Shown here one piece after another: positions 37,014 to 51,605 of a DNA stretch of 64,000 nucleotides. The translations under genes and the position numbers were made by a program. The number at the start of each line of letters is the position of its first letter. Within the stretch, counting starts at the first letter, position 1. Below the pieces are notes generated by a model that was not told the origin of the DNA, searched no databases, and saw only the letters and a program-made list of their open reading frames with translations. Origin of the DNA: Octopus vulgaris (lineage: Eukaryota); NCBI GenBank assembly GCA_951406725.2, contig OX597823.1:76942001-77006000 (forward strand), read 5' to 3'.

Positions 37014-38202
37014 GGAAACTGTACGAAGCCTGTCATATACATGTGTGTGTGTATGAATTAGTATCACATTGTTTGGACATCATGTTGTTATTGTAAGTTA
37101 GTGAAGGTGAGGATTAGTGACAGGGGCATCTATCTGTAGAAAATCCACCTCAACAGATTCTGTTTGACTCATGTGAGAATAGGAAAGAGCATTTTAAAAG
37201 GATAATGATGGTGATGTATATACATTTATATACACACCTAAAATTAAAATAAAAGCACTTTTACACAACTAATCAACTTCATGCGTTTATTGACACAGTT
37301 TCTGGTATTTTTCTGAAAATATATTAAAGTATCAAGCACATATATTTCATAGAACTCTTGTTTTGGTCTTTTGTTGCAACACAAAGTATGATGTCTGTGA
37401 TATGTAAGTTTGTGAGCCATTGTCTATTCCTGGTAAGAAAGATACAATGTGACATATCTATTCAGAGATTTCCACAAATAAGTCTTGATTATCTGCAAAT
37501 TGGAAAAAAATTTCATAGCCTCTCGCTGCATACAGTTTGATTTACATTAAATGTAAGCAATTTGAACAGGTCTTTCCTGTAATAGGTAATACCTCAAAAA
37601 ACAGGTAGGCCTATGGCCTATCAGTCAGAAAGTTCCCTTTCATTTGTGTTTTAAGCCTGTCCACCATCCATCATCAACTTGCCAGACCTGTTGTGATTCA
37701 ATTTCATCAAATTACTCGTTTTTACTAGCTAAGTGAACTATAGAAGCATGAAATGAAGAGTCTTTCTCAAGAACACAATACATTGCCTGGTTCAGGAATT
37801 GATATCACAATCTTACCATCTTGTGTACAACACTGTAACCACTAAACCACTGTATTCCCTGTTGGAATCCAAAGGGATTTCAACAGAAGTGACTTCTGTT
37901 CAATAAAACACTTCACACTGTAGCCTTCTACCTTCAGGTCATCCATACTCGGTCAATATGTCTCTCTGTGGCCATTAATGCGAGACCATCAATGTTGTGA
38001 AATGGGTCATATTGGGGTTTGAGTTGGGAAAGGTTTCTTATATTAAAGTTTTCTATTAGAAAGAGGCATCAGAGCTTTGAAAACTTTAACTCTAAAATAG
38101 GAATGAATGTTTCATGATTAAAATCTCACAAGGGTTTCCACTACTTATTGGTCAGTTTCCTTAATAACTATTAAATCTTTCCATCCTTTTGTATATCAGA
38201 CC

Positions 38203-38475
38203 AAGCAAACTGGCAGAATCATTAACATGTTGGATGAAATGCTTTGTAGTATTTTTCTGGCTCTTTACAGTCCGAGTTCAAACCTTGCCAAGGTCAACTT
38301 TATCTTTCATCATTTTAGGGTTAATAAAACAAGTACTAGTCAAACACTGAGGTTCTTTTTTCTTTATTTCATCTAGTTTCAGCTCATGAGCTGTGGCCAT
38401 GCTGGGGCACTGCCATTTGTGTAATCTCCTTAGCCCTCCCTTCAAAATTGTTAACCTTGGGCCAAAATTAGAAAA
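38203..38475 (+). mobile_element. Old CpG-decayed SINE family B
   Basis: CATTAACATGTTGGATGAAATG for CGTTAGCACGCCGGGCGAAATG; GTCAAC for GTCGAC. Confidence 0.75.
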
Positions 38476-38989
38476 AAGATGACTGTGTAATTTGTGAAAT
38501 ATTTGGCTACTGGTCTCAGTTGATCAAGCACTACATAGAGCATGGTTACTTTACCATTTGTGTTCTATTTATTCCCTTGCAAACTCCCCCACTTTGTTTT
38601 ATTCTCTAATTGGAATTTATATTCTACCATAATAAAACAAATGACAAAAAGAAATTTAAAATGTTGTTTTCATACATTATTATCCTTATAAGTTCAAATG
38701 ACAATAACAACAAAAACACCACATAACCATATCACTTCACTTCTTTATGAACTAATGATGGATGGATAACAGAACAAAAACACTATCTTCTGAATTAGGC
38801 TACTCCATTAGCAACACAAGTAATTAAGAAGTATACAATACAGATCATTAATTCCAAAGTGGTTAGAAAGAAAATAAAATGAAAATACTTTTTAAAAACT
38901 AGGCCCACTTCAAAATCGTTTTCTCAACTTGAAATTTTATAAAAATTATAATTGAAAATAAAAAAAATATATATAGAAATCGAAAAATA

Positions 38990-40041
38990 GGTGCATGCAT
39001 GGCTAAGATGATTGTTTTGAAACCATGGGTACTCAGGTTCAGTTCTATTGTAAGGCACCTTGGGCAAGAGTCTTCTATGATAGCCCTAAGCGAATCAATG
39101 CTTTGCAAGTGAATTTAATGGATGGAAACTGTATAGAAGCCAATCATGTGTGTGTATGTATGTATGTATGTATGTATGTGTGTGTATGTATGTGTATGTA
39201 TGTATGTATGTATGTACTAGCACTATGACCTGGCGTTGCTGGGTCTAGTGCTAGTGCTTGTTGTTTGTTGCCGGGTTGCAGTAAAATTGTCTCACTAAAT
39301 CAAGAGTTAAGTTTCTTATCACATTTCAGCCAGGGCCAGTTTTGTTGTTTATGGGCTAGTTGGAGCTTTTTATGAGAGTAATTAATATTCATTGGACTTC
39401 GGTTTTCACACCTGGAATGGAATAATCATGGAAAATTAGCAGGACTGTGCACATGCCATTAGTCGGACAAAAAAGGAGGCAGAAGAAAGCGAAAAACTTG
39501 AATTTGGTTGCAAAATAACTTATGGGCACAAGGGGTCGGTTTATCGATTTTTTAATGGCTTTCCAGGGTGACTGGGGAAATAAAAATATCCTCACGACCA
39601 CTCTCAGACAATTTTGAAAGCCCATAGAAAATGCGAGCCTTTTACGTGAAAAACTGTGGATTTGTATAAAGGACACAAAGACATACAGATACACAGACAT
39701 TTTGCCGTTTATAAATATAGAGATGTATGTATGTATGTATGTATGTATGTATGTATGCATGCATGTATGTATGTATGTTTGTATGTTTGTATGTATATTT
39801 TGTGTATCTTTGTTGATGTTTGTCACAACCCTCCACTCTACACACCATCTAACAGCCAGTATTGGTTTGTTTATGTCCCTAATTATAAAGTAGTTTGTCA
39901 AATGAGACCAACAAAATAAGCACTAGACTTGAAAATAAAAGTATAAAACATAAATACTGGAGTTGATTTGTTTGATTAAAAACCTTCAAACCATTGCTCC
40001 AGCATGGCCTCAGTCCAATGACTGAAACAAACAAAAGATAA
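38990..40041 (+). mobile_element. Old SINE family A split by a Helitron in its microsatellite
   Basis: Head with GGCACCTTGGGCAAG at 39054-39068; tail GCTCCAGCATGGCC...ATGACTGAAAC near 40000-40030. Confidence 0.8.
39217..39723 (-). mobile_element. Non-autonomous Helitron
   Basis: Minus strand A|TCTCTATATTTATAAACGG...GACCCAGCAACGCCAGGTCATAGTGCTAG|T. Confidence 0.85.
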
Positions 40042-41227
40042 GCAATAGAAGATGAAACAATAAATTTACTTCAGTTTGGAAAACCCTGACTTCAAGACTC
40101 CCTTGTTGGTTTGTTCCTAGATTTATATTTCAATCCTAATGTAACCATGACAACATGATACCTTCTTTCCTGTTTCGTTTTTGACCTGATGTGAATAAGA
40201 TTTGACTGCTACATCTGGCTGATTGAGTATCCACATACTGGTGTCCTCATCAGTTCATCTAACTGTAAGTAGTATAATTCTCAACAGCAAGAAGGCTCAG
40301 CATGGTCAGTTGACCTGCTAGAAATAGCAACCAAATTTCCCATAAATTACTCCCATCTGTACTATTTTGTATATAAAGGCAGACTGCATTATCCAAATTA
40401 GTCTTTACAAAGACTACGTAATACATCTTCATAATTTAATTTTTATTATACTATAGTCTCTATTCTATAAAGGCAGATTGCATTCTTTAATATAGCCTTT
40501 ATAAACACAAGATGGTCATGGCTGGAATGCCTTTGATCATAGCTCTTTTCACACAAATTTGATGTAGGTCTAAACTCTCTACAATAATCAGTTGTGGCAA
40601 GTTATGTCTTAATCTGGAATTCCTCTCAAGAGAAATGAAGGCTTCCTATATAAAACTAACCATTTCATAACTATATTTCTAAAGCTGAGACTGCTCATAT
40701 GTTTCAATTAATTTTCAATGTAACTGATGTTTGAAAGGCTTTTGTACAATATCACTAACTTCACATCTTAGTATATATGTTAGTCTTGACCAAATTAAAT
40801 CTTATTACATAATTAATATTATACTGAGAATTTTGATTGAGTCTTTAATTAAAATACATTAACACTGTTGGTCTCTGATGGATTGGATATAATTAATAGA
40901 GTTAAGTGCAGTATTCAGGAGGGGAATTTCTTTTTGTTGACATAACAAGAGATAAGCTCACTGGTCATCTATGGATTCTTAAGATTTAGAGAACGAATGT
41001 TATTAACCTGAGAGATGCAGATGGCAGCATTGAGAATGTGTCTTTCCAAAAACGTAATTGAAAACGTAATATATATGGCTAAGGTACTATATGTGCAAAT
41101 GTTCTCTTTGGTTCACCTTACTCTATATGCAGATAACACTGACTTAAGATGATTTATTACTGTAAGCAATAGCATTACTATATAATCAATACTTTTGTAG
41201 CTGGCAGGGCTGACTTCCATATAGGCA

Positions 41228-41402
41228 GAGGCGTGGTTGGGTGGTAAGAAGCTTACTTGCCAGCTGCATGGTTCTGAGTTCACTTACACTGAATGGTACC
41301 TTGGGCAAGTGTTTTCTACTATAACCTCAGGCCAATCAAAGCCTTGTGAGTGGATTTGGTAAACAAAAACTGAAAGAAGCCTGTTGTATGTCTGTATGTA
41401 TG

Positions 41403-41455
<53 letters not shown>
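41228..41455 (+). mobile_element. 5' half of SINE family A
   Basis: GGTACCTTGGGCAAGTG...AACTGAAAGAAGCC then (TA)n. Confidence 0.8.
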
Positions 41456-41458
<3 letters not shown>

Positions 41459-41575
41459 AGCGATCACCGTGACCGACCAGGCTATCAAATGTTGCGACAC
41501 ATCGCTGGTCACAATACGCTTCACATTATTTTAGCCTTCAAATGACACCATCCCACTGGCTAAGCGAGCAGGCCT
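41453..41575 (-). mobile_element. 3' end of a second RTE-type LINE family
   Basis: Reverse complement AAGCGTATTGTGACCAGCGATGTGTCGCAACATTTGATAG resembles 56066-56105, downstream of the RTE fragment at 55490. Confidence 0.55.
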
Positions 41576-41577
41576 AT

Positions 41578-43456
41578 ATCATCATCATCATCATCGTTTA
41601 ACGTCCGTTCTCCATGCTAGCATGGGTTGGACGGTTCGACCGGGGATCTGGGAAGCCAGAAGGCTGCACCAGGCTCCAGTCTTATCTGACAATGTTTCTA
41701 CAGCTGGATGCCCTTCCTAACGCCAACCACTCTGTGAGTGTAGTGGGTGCTTTTTATGTGCCACCTGCACAGGTGCCAGGCGAGGCTGGCATTGGCCATG
41801 GTTGGATTGGTGCATTTTACGTGCCACCGGCACAGAAGCCAGTCGAGGCGGCACTAGCTTTGGCCATGATTCATATGGTGCTTTTTACGTGCCACCGGCA
41901 CGGAAGCCAGTCGAGGTAGCGCTGGCATCGGCCACGATTCGGATAGTGCTTTTTACGTACCACCAGTCCAGGGGTCCTGGCATCTGCCGGGTGGCAGTCA
42001 TAGGATTGGTTCAATTTCGATTTCACTTGCCCCAACAGGTCTTCGTTGGCATGGGTGCCTGTCGTTGGATGAGGTTCGATATCGACTTCGCTTGCCTCAA
42101 CAGGTCTTTGTGTGTCCAAGGGAGGAAAGGCATGCATAAGTGGGCTGGACTCACTTGTCCTGCCTGGTCTTCTCACGTACAGCATATTCCAAAGGTCTCG
42201 GTCGCTGGTCATTTCCTCAGTGTGGCCTAAAGTTCAAAGGTCGTGCTTCACCACCTCATCCCAGGATTTCCTGGGTCTACCTCTTCCACGGGTTCCCTCA
42301 ACTGCTAGGGATTGGCACTTTTTCACACACCTATCTTCATCCATTCTCGCCACATGACCATACCAGCGCAATCATCTCTCTTGCACACCACAACTGATGC
42401 TTCTTAGGTACAACATTTCTCTCAAGGTACTAACGCTCTGTCGAGTATGCACACTGACATTATACATCCATCGGAGCATATGGCTTCATTCCTCGAGAGC
42501 TTATGCATGTCCTCAGCAGTCACAGCCCATGTTTCACTGCCATGTAGCATGGCTGTTCGTACACATGCATTATACAGTCTGCCTTTTACTCTGAGCGAGA
42601 GGCCTTTAGTCACCAGCAGAGGTAAGAGCTCCCTAAACTTTGCCCAGGCTATTCTTACTCTAGCAGTTACACTTTCAACGCACCCACCCCCACTACTGAC
42701 TTGGTCACCTAGATAATGGAAGCTATCAACTACTTCTAGTTTTTCCCCCTAGAGAGTGACAGAAGTTGTTTTCTGCAGATTTTCAGAGTTTAATGCTCCC
42801 GAGCATCTGCCACATGCAAAAACTATCTTCCCAGTTAGCCTTCCTTTGACATTGCTGCACCTCTTATGTGTCCATAGCTTACACTGGGTACATCTTATAG
42901 AGTTTCTACCTACACCTTTTCTACAGATCGAGCAGGGCCATCTTCCTGAAGACATTTGTGGATTGTCTACCTTCCTACTTATTAGTACTTTGGTTTTAGC
43001 TAGGTTGACTCTAAGGCCCCTCGATTCTAAACCCTCCTTCCACACCTGGAACTTCTCCTCCAGTTCTGATAGTAACTCAGCAATTAGAGCAAGATCGTCA
43101 GCATAGAGGAGCTCCCAAGGGCAATCTGTTTTGAATTCCTCCGTAATTGCCTGGAGGACTATGATAAATAGGAGGGGGCTGAGTACTGAACCGTGGTGGA
43201 CCCCAACCTCTACTTTGAATTCTTCTGTGTACATGTTGCCAACCCTAACCTTACTTACGGCATCCCTGTACATGGCTTGCACAGCCCTCACCAGCCATTC
43301 ATCTATCCCTAGTTTCCTCATTGACCACCAGATAAGGGATCGGGGGACCCTGTCAAAGGCTTTCTCCATGTCAACGAAAGCCAGGTACAGGGGCTTATCT
43401 TTGGCTAGGTATTTCTCCTGCAGCTGTCTCACCAGAAATATGGCATCAGTGGTGCT
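41578..43456 (-). mobile_element. 5'-truncated RTE-clade LINE (RT domain, 3' UTR, (GAT)n tail)
   Basis: RT motifs FVDMEKAFD, GVHHGSVLSP, LLYADD, VDSFHYLG; C-terminal LHGSETW; tail GGACGTTAAACGATGATGATGAT. Confidence 0.95.
42200..43456 (-). pseudogene. RTE reverse transcriptase with PHD-like finger; in-frame TAG at 42749-42751 and a later frameshift
   Basis: The 227-aa ORF continues past the stop as GEKLEVVDSFHYLGDQVSSGGGC...AWAKFRELLPLLVTKGLSLRVKGRLY. Confidence 0.92.
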
Positions 43457-43474
43457 TTTATATATATATATAAT

Positions 43475-44305
43475 ATAAGCAGAAAATGGAGAAAAATTCT
43501 GAACAACAAGAAATTGACTACCATCGGTTAATTATTTTTTAATACAAAACTTTAATATTGCCAACAGCTGTTTCTGCTACCAATGTCAATTGGTGCCACC
43601 AAAGAAATTTATAAGAATAATATTCATCAATCTTTATAGCACATCCAATCTTATACATGGAGCTTCATCAGAGTGAACACAAATGCATAAAATAAAAGAG
43701 AATAGGGAATAGGAAAGAACAGGGACTCGAGATGAGGAAAGAAGGCTTAATAAATTAGAGTCATACCATTTTGCAGTGAAGTCGATGAGCAAATGAATAA
43801 ACTAGCAAAATGAACTAGCAAAATAAACTAGAAAAATAATTGGTGGGTTAATCTTTATTTAGGGGTGCCAGGGTGTATAAATAATAAGAAAATATAACTA
43901 GTATTTAAGTATAACAGGATCTGCCAAAAGTCTAGAAAGAATAGTACTTATGATTTTGTAAATAGTGCTAATTAGTATTTATCCAAAAGCATACCTGTAC
44001 AGTTCTTGCAATAGTGTACTTACTGATATATTCTAAAGACCAACCACCAGTTGTCCGTAATGGAATTGACCAAAGTCCAGCCATTTCTATAACTGGTCAG
44101 TTGAATTTGAAACCAAAGGCAAGCTAGGACCGTTAGAAGGGTAGATGTAAATAAAGAAGTAAATAAAACAGTAAATAAAAAGTGTGGAAGAGTAAGTTAT
44201 GTCATAAGTGACCGAAGGCCACTTGCGTCATTATAAACCATCCCAACATGAATACGAGTAACCACACAACAGTAAATAACTAACAGTTTAGGGGAGATTA
44301 TATCC
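43475..44305 (-). mobile_element. Probable PLE 3' end with hammerhead-like core, flanked by (TA)n
   Basis: Minus strand CTGATGA (43671-43665)...GAAACAGCTGTT (43574-43563); T-rich tail into (TA)n. Confidence 0.5.
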
Positions 44306-44367
44306 ATATATATATACACACTCACACACACATATATACACATACATATATATGTATAAATATATAT

Positions 44368-44772
44368 ATTCTTTTATTTGTTTCAGTCATTTGACTGAGG
44401 CCATGCTGGAGCACTGCCTTTAGTCAAGCAGATCAACCTATTCTTTCTAAGCCTAGTACTTATTCTACCGGTTTCTTTTTGCCGAACTGGTAAGTTACGA
44501 GGATGTAAACATGCTAGCATTGGTTGTCAAGTAATGTTGGAGACACAAACACAGACACAAAAACATATATACTCACACACACACACACACACACACATGC
44601 ACACATATATATATATACAATGGGCTTCTTTCAGTTTCCATGTACCAAATCCACTCACAAGGCTTTGGTTGGCCCGGGTCTATAGTAGAAGACACTTGCC
44701 CAAGGTACCATGCAGTGGAACTGAATCCAGAAACATGTGGCTGGTAAGCAAGCTACTTACCACTCAGCCACA
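44368..44772 (-). mobile_element. SINE family A (CpG-decayed)
   Basis: Homologous to 52705-53104, with CG to TG/CA changes. Confidence 0.9.
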
Positions 44773-45156
44773 TAAAAATTAAAATGAGAAGGAGAGAAAT
44801 TCTAATTGATGTTACGATCATTTCAGTAAGCAACATATTTTTATTCTATACAACATATCAGATATGTAATATGCAATAAAATGAAATAAAATTACAATTG
44901 TTACTGCTTGTTCATGTTGTCAGACATTATTATTTGAAACAATTGATTTAAAAAATAATATGCAATGCAGTATAGATTTACAAAATTTTATAGATCTGTT
45001 CATTCTATTCAAATGCACAAGCTGAGTATAGTCTTTCATGAACTTCATGAGCGAAGTTCTAAGCATTTGAAATGTTGAAGGAGTATATGACCACTCTCCA
45101 TGAGAAAATAAAAAACAATACTAAGACAAAGCATTTCAGATTTCTTAAAAATATAC

Positions 45157-45218
45157 CGTCCAACCCATGCTAGTATGGAAAGCGGACGTTAAACGATGAT
45201 GATGATGATGATGATGAT
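45157..45218 (+). mobile_element. RTE 3' tail fragment
   Basis: CGTCCAACCCATGCTAGTATGGAAAGCGGACGTTAAACGATGATGAT. Similar tails at about 48818-48856, 53804-53880 and 61808-61852. Confidence 0.85.
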
Positions 45219-45261
45219 ATTTGTTTACTGAAATGATTATATCATCACATTGAAAACAATA

Positions 45262-45449
45262 CAGGCACAGGAGTGGGTGTGTGGTAAGTAACTTGCTTAC
45301 TAACTGCATGGTTCTGGGTTCAGTCCCACTGCATGCCACCCTGGGCAAGTGTTGTCTACTATAGCTTCGGGCTAACTAAAGCCTTGTGAGTAGATTTGGT
45401 AGATTGAAACTGAAAGAAGCCCATTGTATATGTATATATATATATATAT

Positions 45450-45484
<35 letters not shown>

Positions 45485-45610
45485 TAGTTATATTGGTGCA
45501 GGAGTGGCTATGTGGCATCTTGGGCAAGTGCCGTCTACTATAGCCTCGGGCCAACCAAAGCCTTGTGAGTGGACTTGGTAGATGGAAACTGAAAGTCCAT
45601 CGTATATATG

Positions 45611-45643
<33 letters not shown>

Positions 45644-45856
45644 TTGTGTGTCTCTATTTGTTCCCCCAACATCGCTTGCCAACTGATGTTGTTGTGCATA
45701 GGATCCCTGTAACTTAGCAGTTTGGCACAAGATTCTGATAGAATAAGTACTAGGCCTACAAAGAATAAGTCCTGGGGTTGATTTGTTTGACTAAAGGTGG
45801 TGCTCCAGCATGGCCGCAGTCAAATGGTTAAAACAAATAAAAGAATAAAAAGAATT
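45262..45856 (+). mobile_element. Two SINE family A heads in tandem sharing one tail
   Basis: GGGCAAGTG motif near 45343 and 45522; tail ends AAAAGAATAAAAGAAT. Confidence 0.85.
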
Positions 45857-46227
45857 ATAAATAAGGAGAAAAGAAAAAAATTTTCCATGCCAATAATGCT
45901 GAAAAATAGACTTTTGTCTATTTCTCAGCATATTGGCATAGAAAATTATTTTCTTTTGCCCTTATTTTTAATTGCTTGTAATTTTCACCTTAAAAGGTAT
46001 TTTAATATGCTGGCCACTGACAAGATTGTTTTTTTCTTTATATTTTATCCTTATATTAAAAGTAAATTTATTACCAAATTGAATTTTTTTTATCACATTT
46101 TAATTATACACTTTGTGAAGCATATTTTATGCCTATTGACTATACCATGGATTGTGAAGTGCTCCCTTCTATAATCTAATGTATCAATGTATGTATGTAT
46201 GTACGCATGTGTATGTGTGTGTGCATA

Positions 46228-46259
<32 letters not shown>

Positions 46260-46454
46260 TGTGTGTGTGTGTTTTAGTTGGTGAATCTGAAGGAAGAGAC
46301 GGAGCCCATGTCTCTTTCAAGTCCTATAAGACTAGTAAGATTGATACTGTAAATATTCTGTTTGAAGTGCAGAAAAAAAAATAGCAGGAAAAACGTGTGG
46401 GAGGAGATTCCAGGAGACTGATGTTCATGGGATAAAATATATAAATATGAATGA

Positions 46455-46491
<37 letters not shown>

Positions 46492-46849
46492 CGGAGAGAG
46501 AGAGCGAGTTGGGGAAATGGACAGCTAAAAGGGTGGACAAATAAATACTCATATACATATATGTATATATGGATACTATGTAATTGGATATTCAAGTGGA
46601 GGAGACTAGATAGTGATAGTAGACTTAAGCATGTCCTTATACAATATTTATGAAATGCAGAATGCTACTCAAGTTGCACGTCATCTCAGTAAATGAATCT
46701 CTCAAGATGCTCAGACACACAGACTTTCGTACATCAGACATCATTTAATATGACTGCTCTCATGCGATTCACACAAGAACAAACATATCCAATAATGTCA
46801 CTCACTATTTGACAAAAACTTATGTTATTGTATGTATTTCACAAGTTAT

Positions 46850-49410
<2,561 letters not shown>

Positions 49411-50509
49411 TAAACCCAGCAAGAGGGCTGCTTGGGGTTGATTTGTTCGACTAAAGTCGGTGCTCCAGCATGGCCACAGTCAAATGACTGAAACATGTAA
49501 AAAGAGCAAAAGAGTAAAAGAGTAACACTAATTTTAATATTGCATGTACCAGCTGCTAATAATGGGTTTAATATTTAAAATTGGCATATCCAGTAATGTA
49601 ACACTGCTATATTTATTGGCTGTTTAAGTAAAAAGTTTGTGGGTGTTTAATGGGCTGGATGTGATGTTAAAGAAGGAGCAAGAACTCCTGGAATATAGCA
49701 TATACACACAGTACCCATTTTCAATTGCATTGTTGTTTACATTAGACATTTTAAAAAATTAAGATACTCATCTTCTCTGATTGCATAAACCACAATCAAT
49801 ACAGGTGCTATAGAACAAAATAACAGAAAATATGTCAAAGTCTGTGAAACAGCAAGTTAGTCCAGAGTGAGTGTTATCATGCAATTTGACAAAAGAAATT
49901 TGTTCATGTGTTCACACTTGATAAAAATTTCATATATTTGATAAGGCAAATGTGCTATCTTTAAAATAGATGTTTTATATTGATTTGATATTATTGTATC
50001 ATATGCTCTTGTAGATTATATGCATAAGTATACATAAGGCATCATGTGAGAAAAGCGTTGGCAAGACATGAACATACAGGAAGCTGAAACACCAATAGTA
50101 GAGAAGATAAAATAGAGTTGCAAGATGAAATGTAATTATGTTAAAAAAATATGCATTCATAAAGCAGTGAAAAATTACTACCTAAATACTGCCAATAAAA
50201 TTTCAGCACACATACACATACTTCAATGCATTTTTAATACAGTTAGTATTTGTTATTAAACACAATATTATTGGAAATACTGGATTCCTATCTACATCTA
50301 TTTGTAGTGAAGAATTGAGTTCATCTCATTCACATTATTGTCACCCTTTTGATGCAAACTGAACAAAAGAAGTCTATTGTTTGTTTATGTATAACATGCA
50401 GTTATATAATCAAATATTGTTTCATACAAAATTAAAGTGAAGTGAAGCTTGCCGATACATAGATATTTAATAACAATGTAATCTTAGTATTACTCATGTC
50501 AAAGCAAAG

Positions 50510-51140
50510 TGCATACCTACACAAATGTACCCCACCAAATTTGCTTCTTCATAACGTCCAGAAAAATGGATATCTTCCAATGAAATTATATCAAATACAC
50601 TTCAGATCGTGTAGATTCATATTATTTCTGAATTTGTTGAGAAAAAGTTTTTCCAGGAGCCAGGAGAGCAGTTTTGGAAAATTCACATTAGCTTTGTTTC
50701 CTCATAACAGTCAGAAAATGGGTACTTTAAAATGAAAATTTCTACAAATGCATTAGACTGTATAAATTACGATTATATTGGAATTTGATGTGAAAAGAAA
50801 TATGGTGAGCACGCACATATACATACTAACACATCACATTTTTTTTCTTTTTTGTTGATATGTCATAATCTACACTCTCTGAAAAGTATTTGCAGAAAAT
50901 TTTCTAAAAAAAGATGTCCAGTTTTCTGAAAGTTATGAGGGAATAAATGTGATTCATATGAATTTTCCAAAACTCTTCTTGCCACTCATAGGAAAATGTT
51001 TCACACCAAATTTTGATATAATCACAATCTATACAATTTGAAGCAAATTTGTAGGAATTTTCATTAAACAATTTCTATTTTTCTGGAAGTAATGAGGAAG
51101 CAAATTCGTTGTATGGGGATACACATATGTAGATATGCTG
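50510..51140. repeat. Old fold-back element with internal sub-repeats
   Basis: GCATACCTACACAAATGTACCCC...AATTTGCTTCTTCATAACGTCCAGAAAAAT is mirrored by ATTTTTCTGGAAGTAATGAGGAAGCAAATT...GGGGATACACATATGTAGATATGC. Confidence 0.65.
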
Positions 51141-51605
51141 AACAATGAAATATTCCTTTCTATAATAGGCAGAAGGCCTGACATTTAGGGTGAAGCCGAA
51201 ATCAAATATTAATTCATAGTAGAATGCCAACAAAGCATGCAACAGATGAAACTGTAAAATTTAAAGCAGACATCTATAAAATGAACTATTGTAAAGCAGT
51301 TCTTGACGGAACATGCATTTAATATTAAAACAAAAAACAATGATGAATAAATGAAGACTATTAACTGAAAAAAAGACAATGAAATAGAAGTTAAAGAGAT
51401 ATTTGAATGCAATGTTTGTCAAGTATAAATTCACATAAAAGGTTACTTGAGTTTGTACATGCACATAGACTGTAGTCCAGTCTTGAGCACTTTGTTTCAG
51501 AGGGGCTAGAATAAAATGAGTTACTGTATATCACTGCACGAACATTACCAGAAGTTCATAAGAAACATATATGTTTTTTTTTTAAAATTATATCAAAGAT
51601 GTATA

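Noticed and set aside
41747-41970. CRISPR-like repeat-spacer array
   Set aside because: The spacers are homologous to each other, it lies in a LINE 3' UTR in eukaryotic DNA, and there are no cas genes.
45137-45248. Second C/D snoRNA (GTGATGA...CTGA on minus)
   Set aside because: Interrupted by an RTE tail, too short once that is removed, and lacking a terminal stem.
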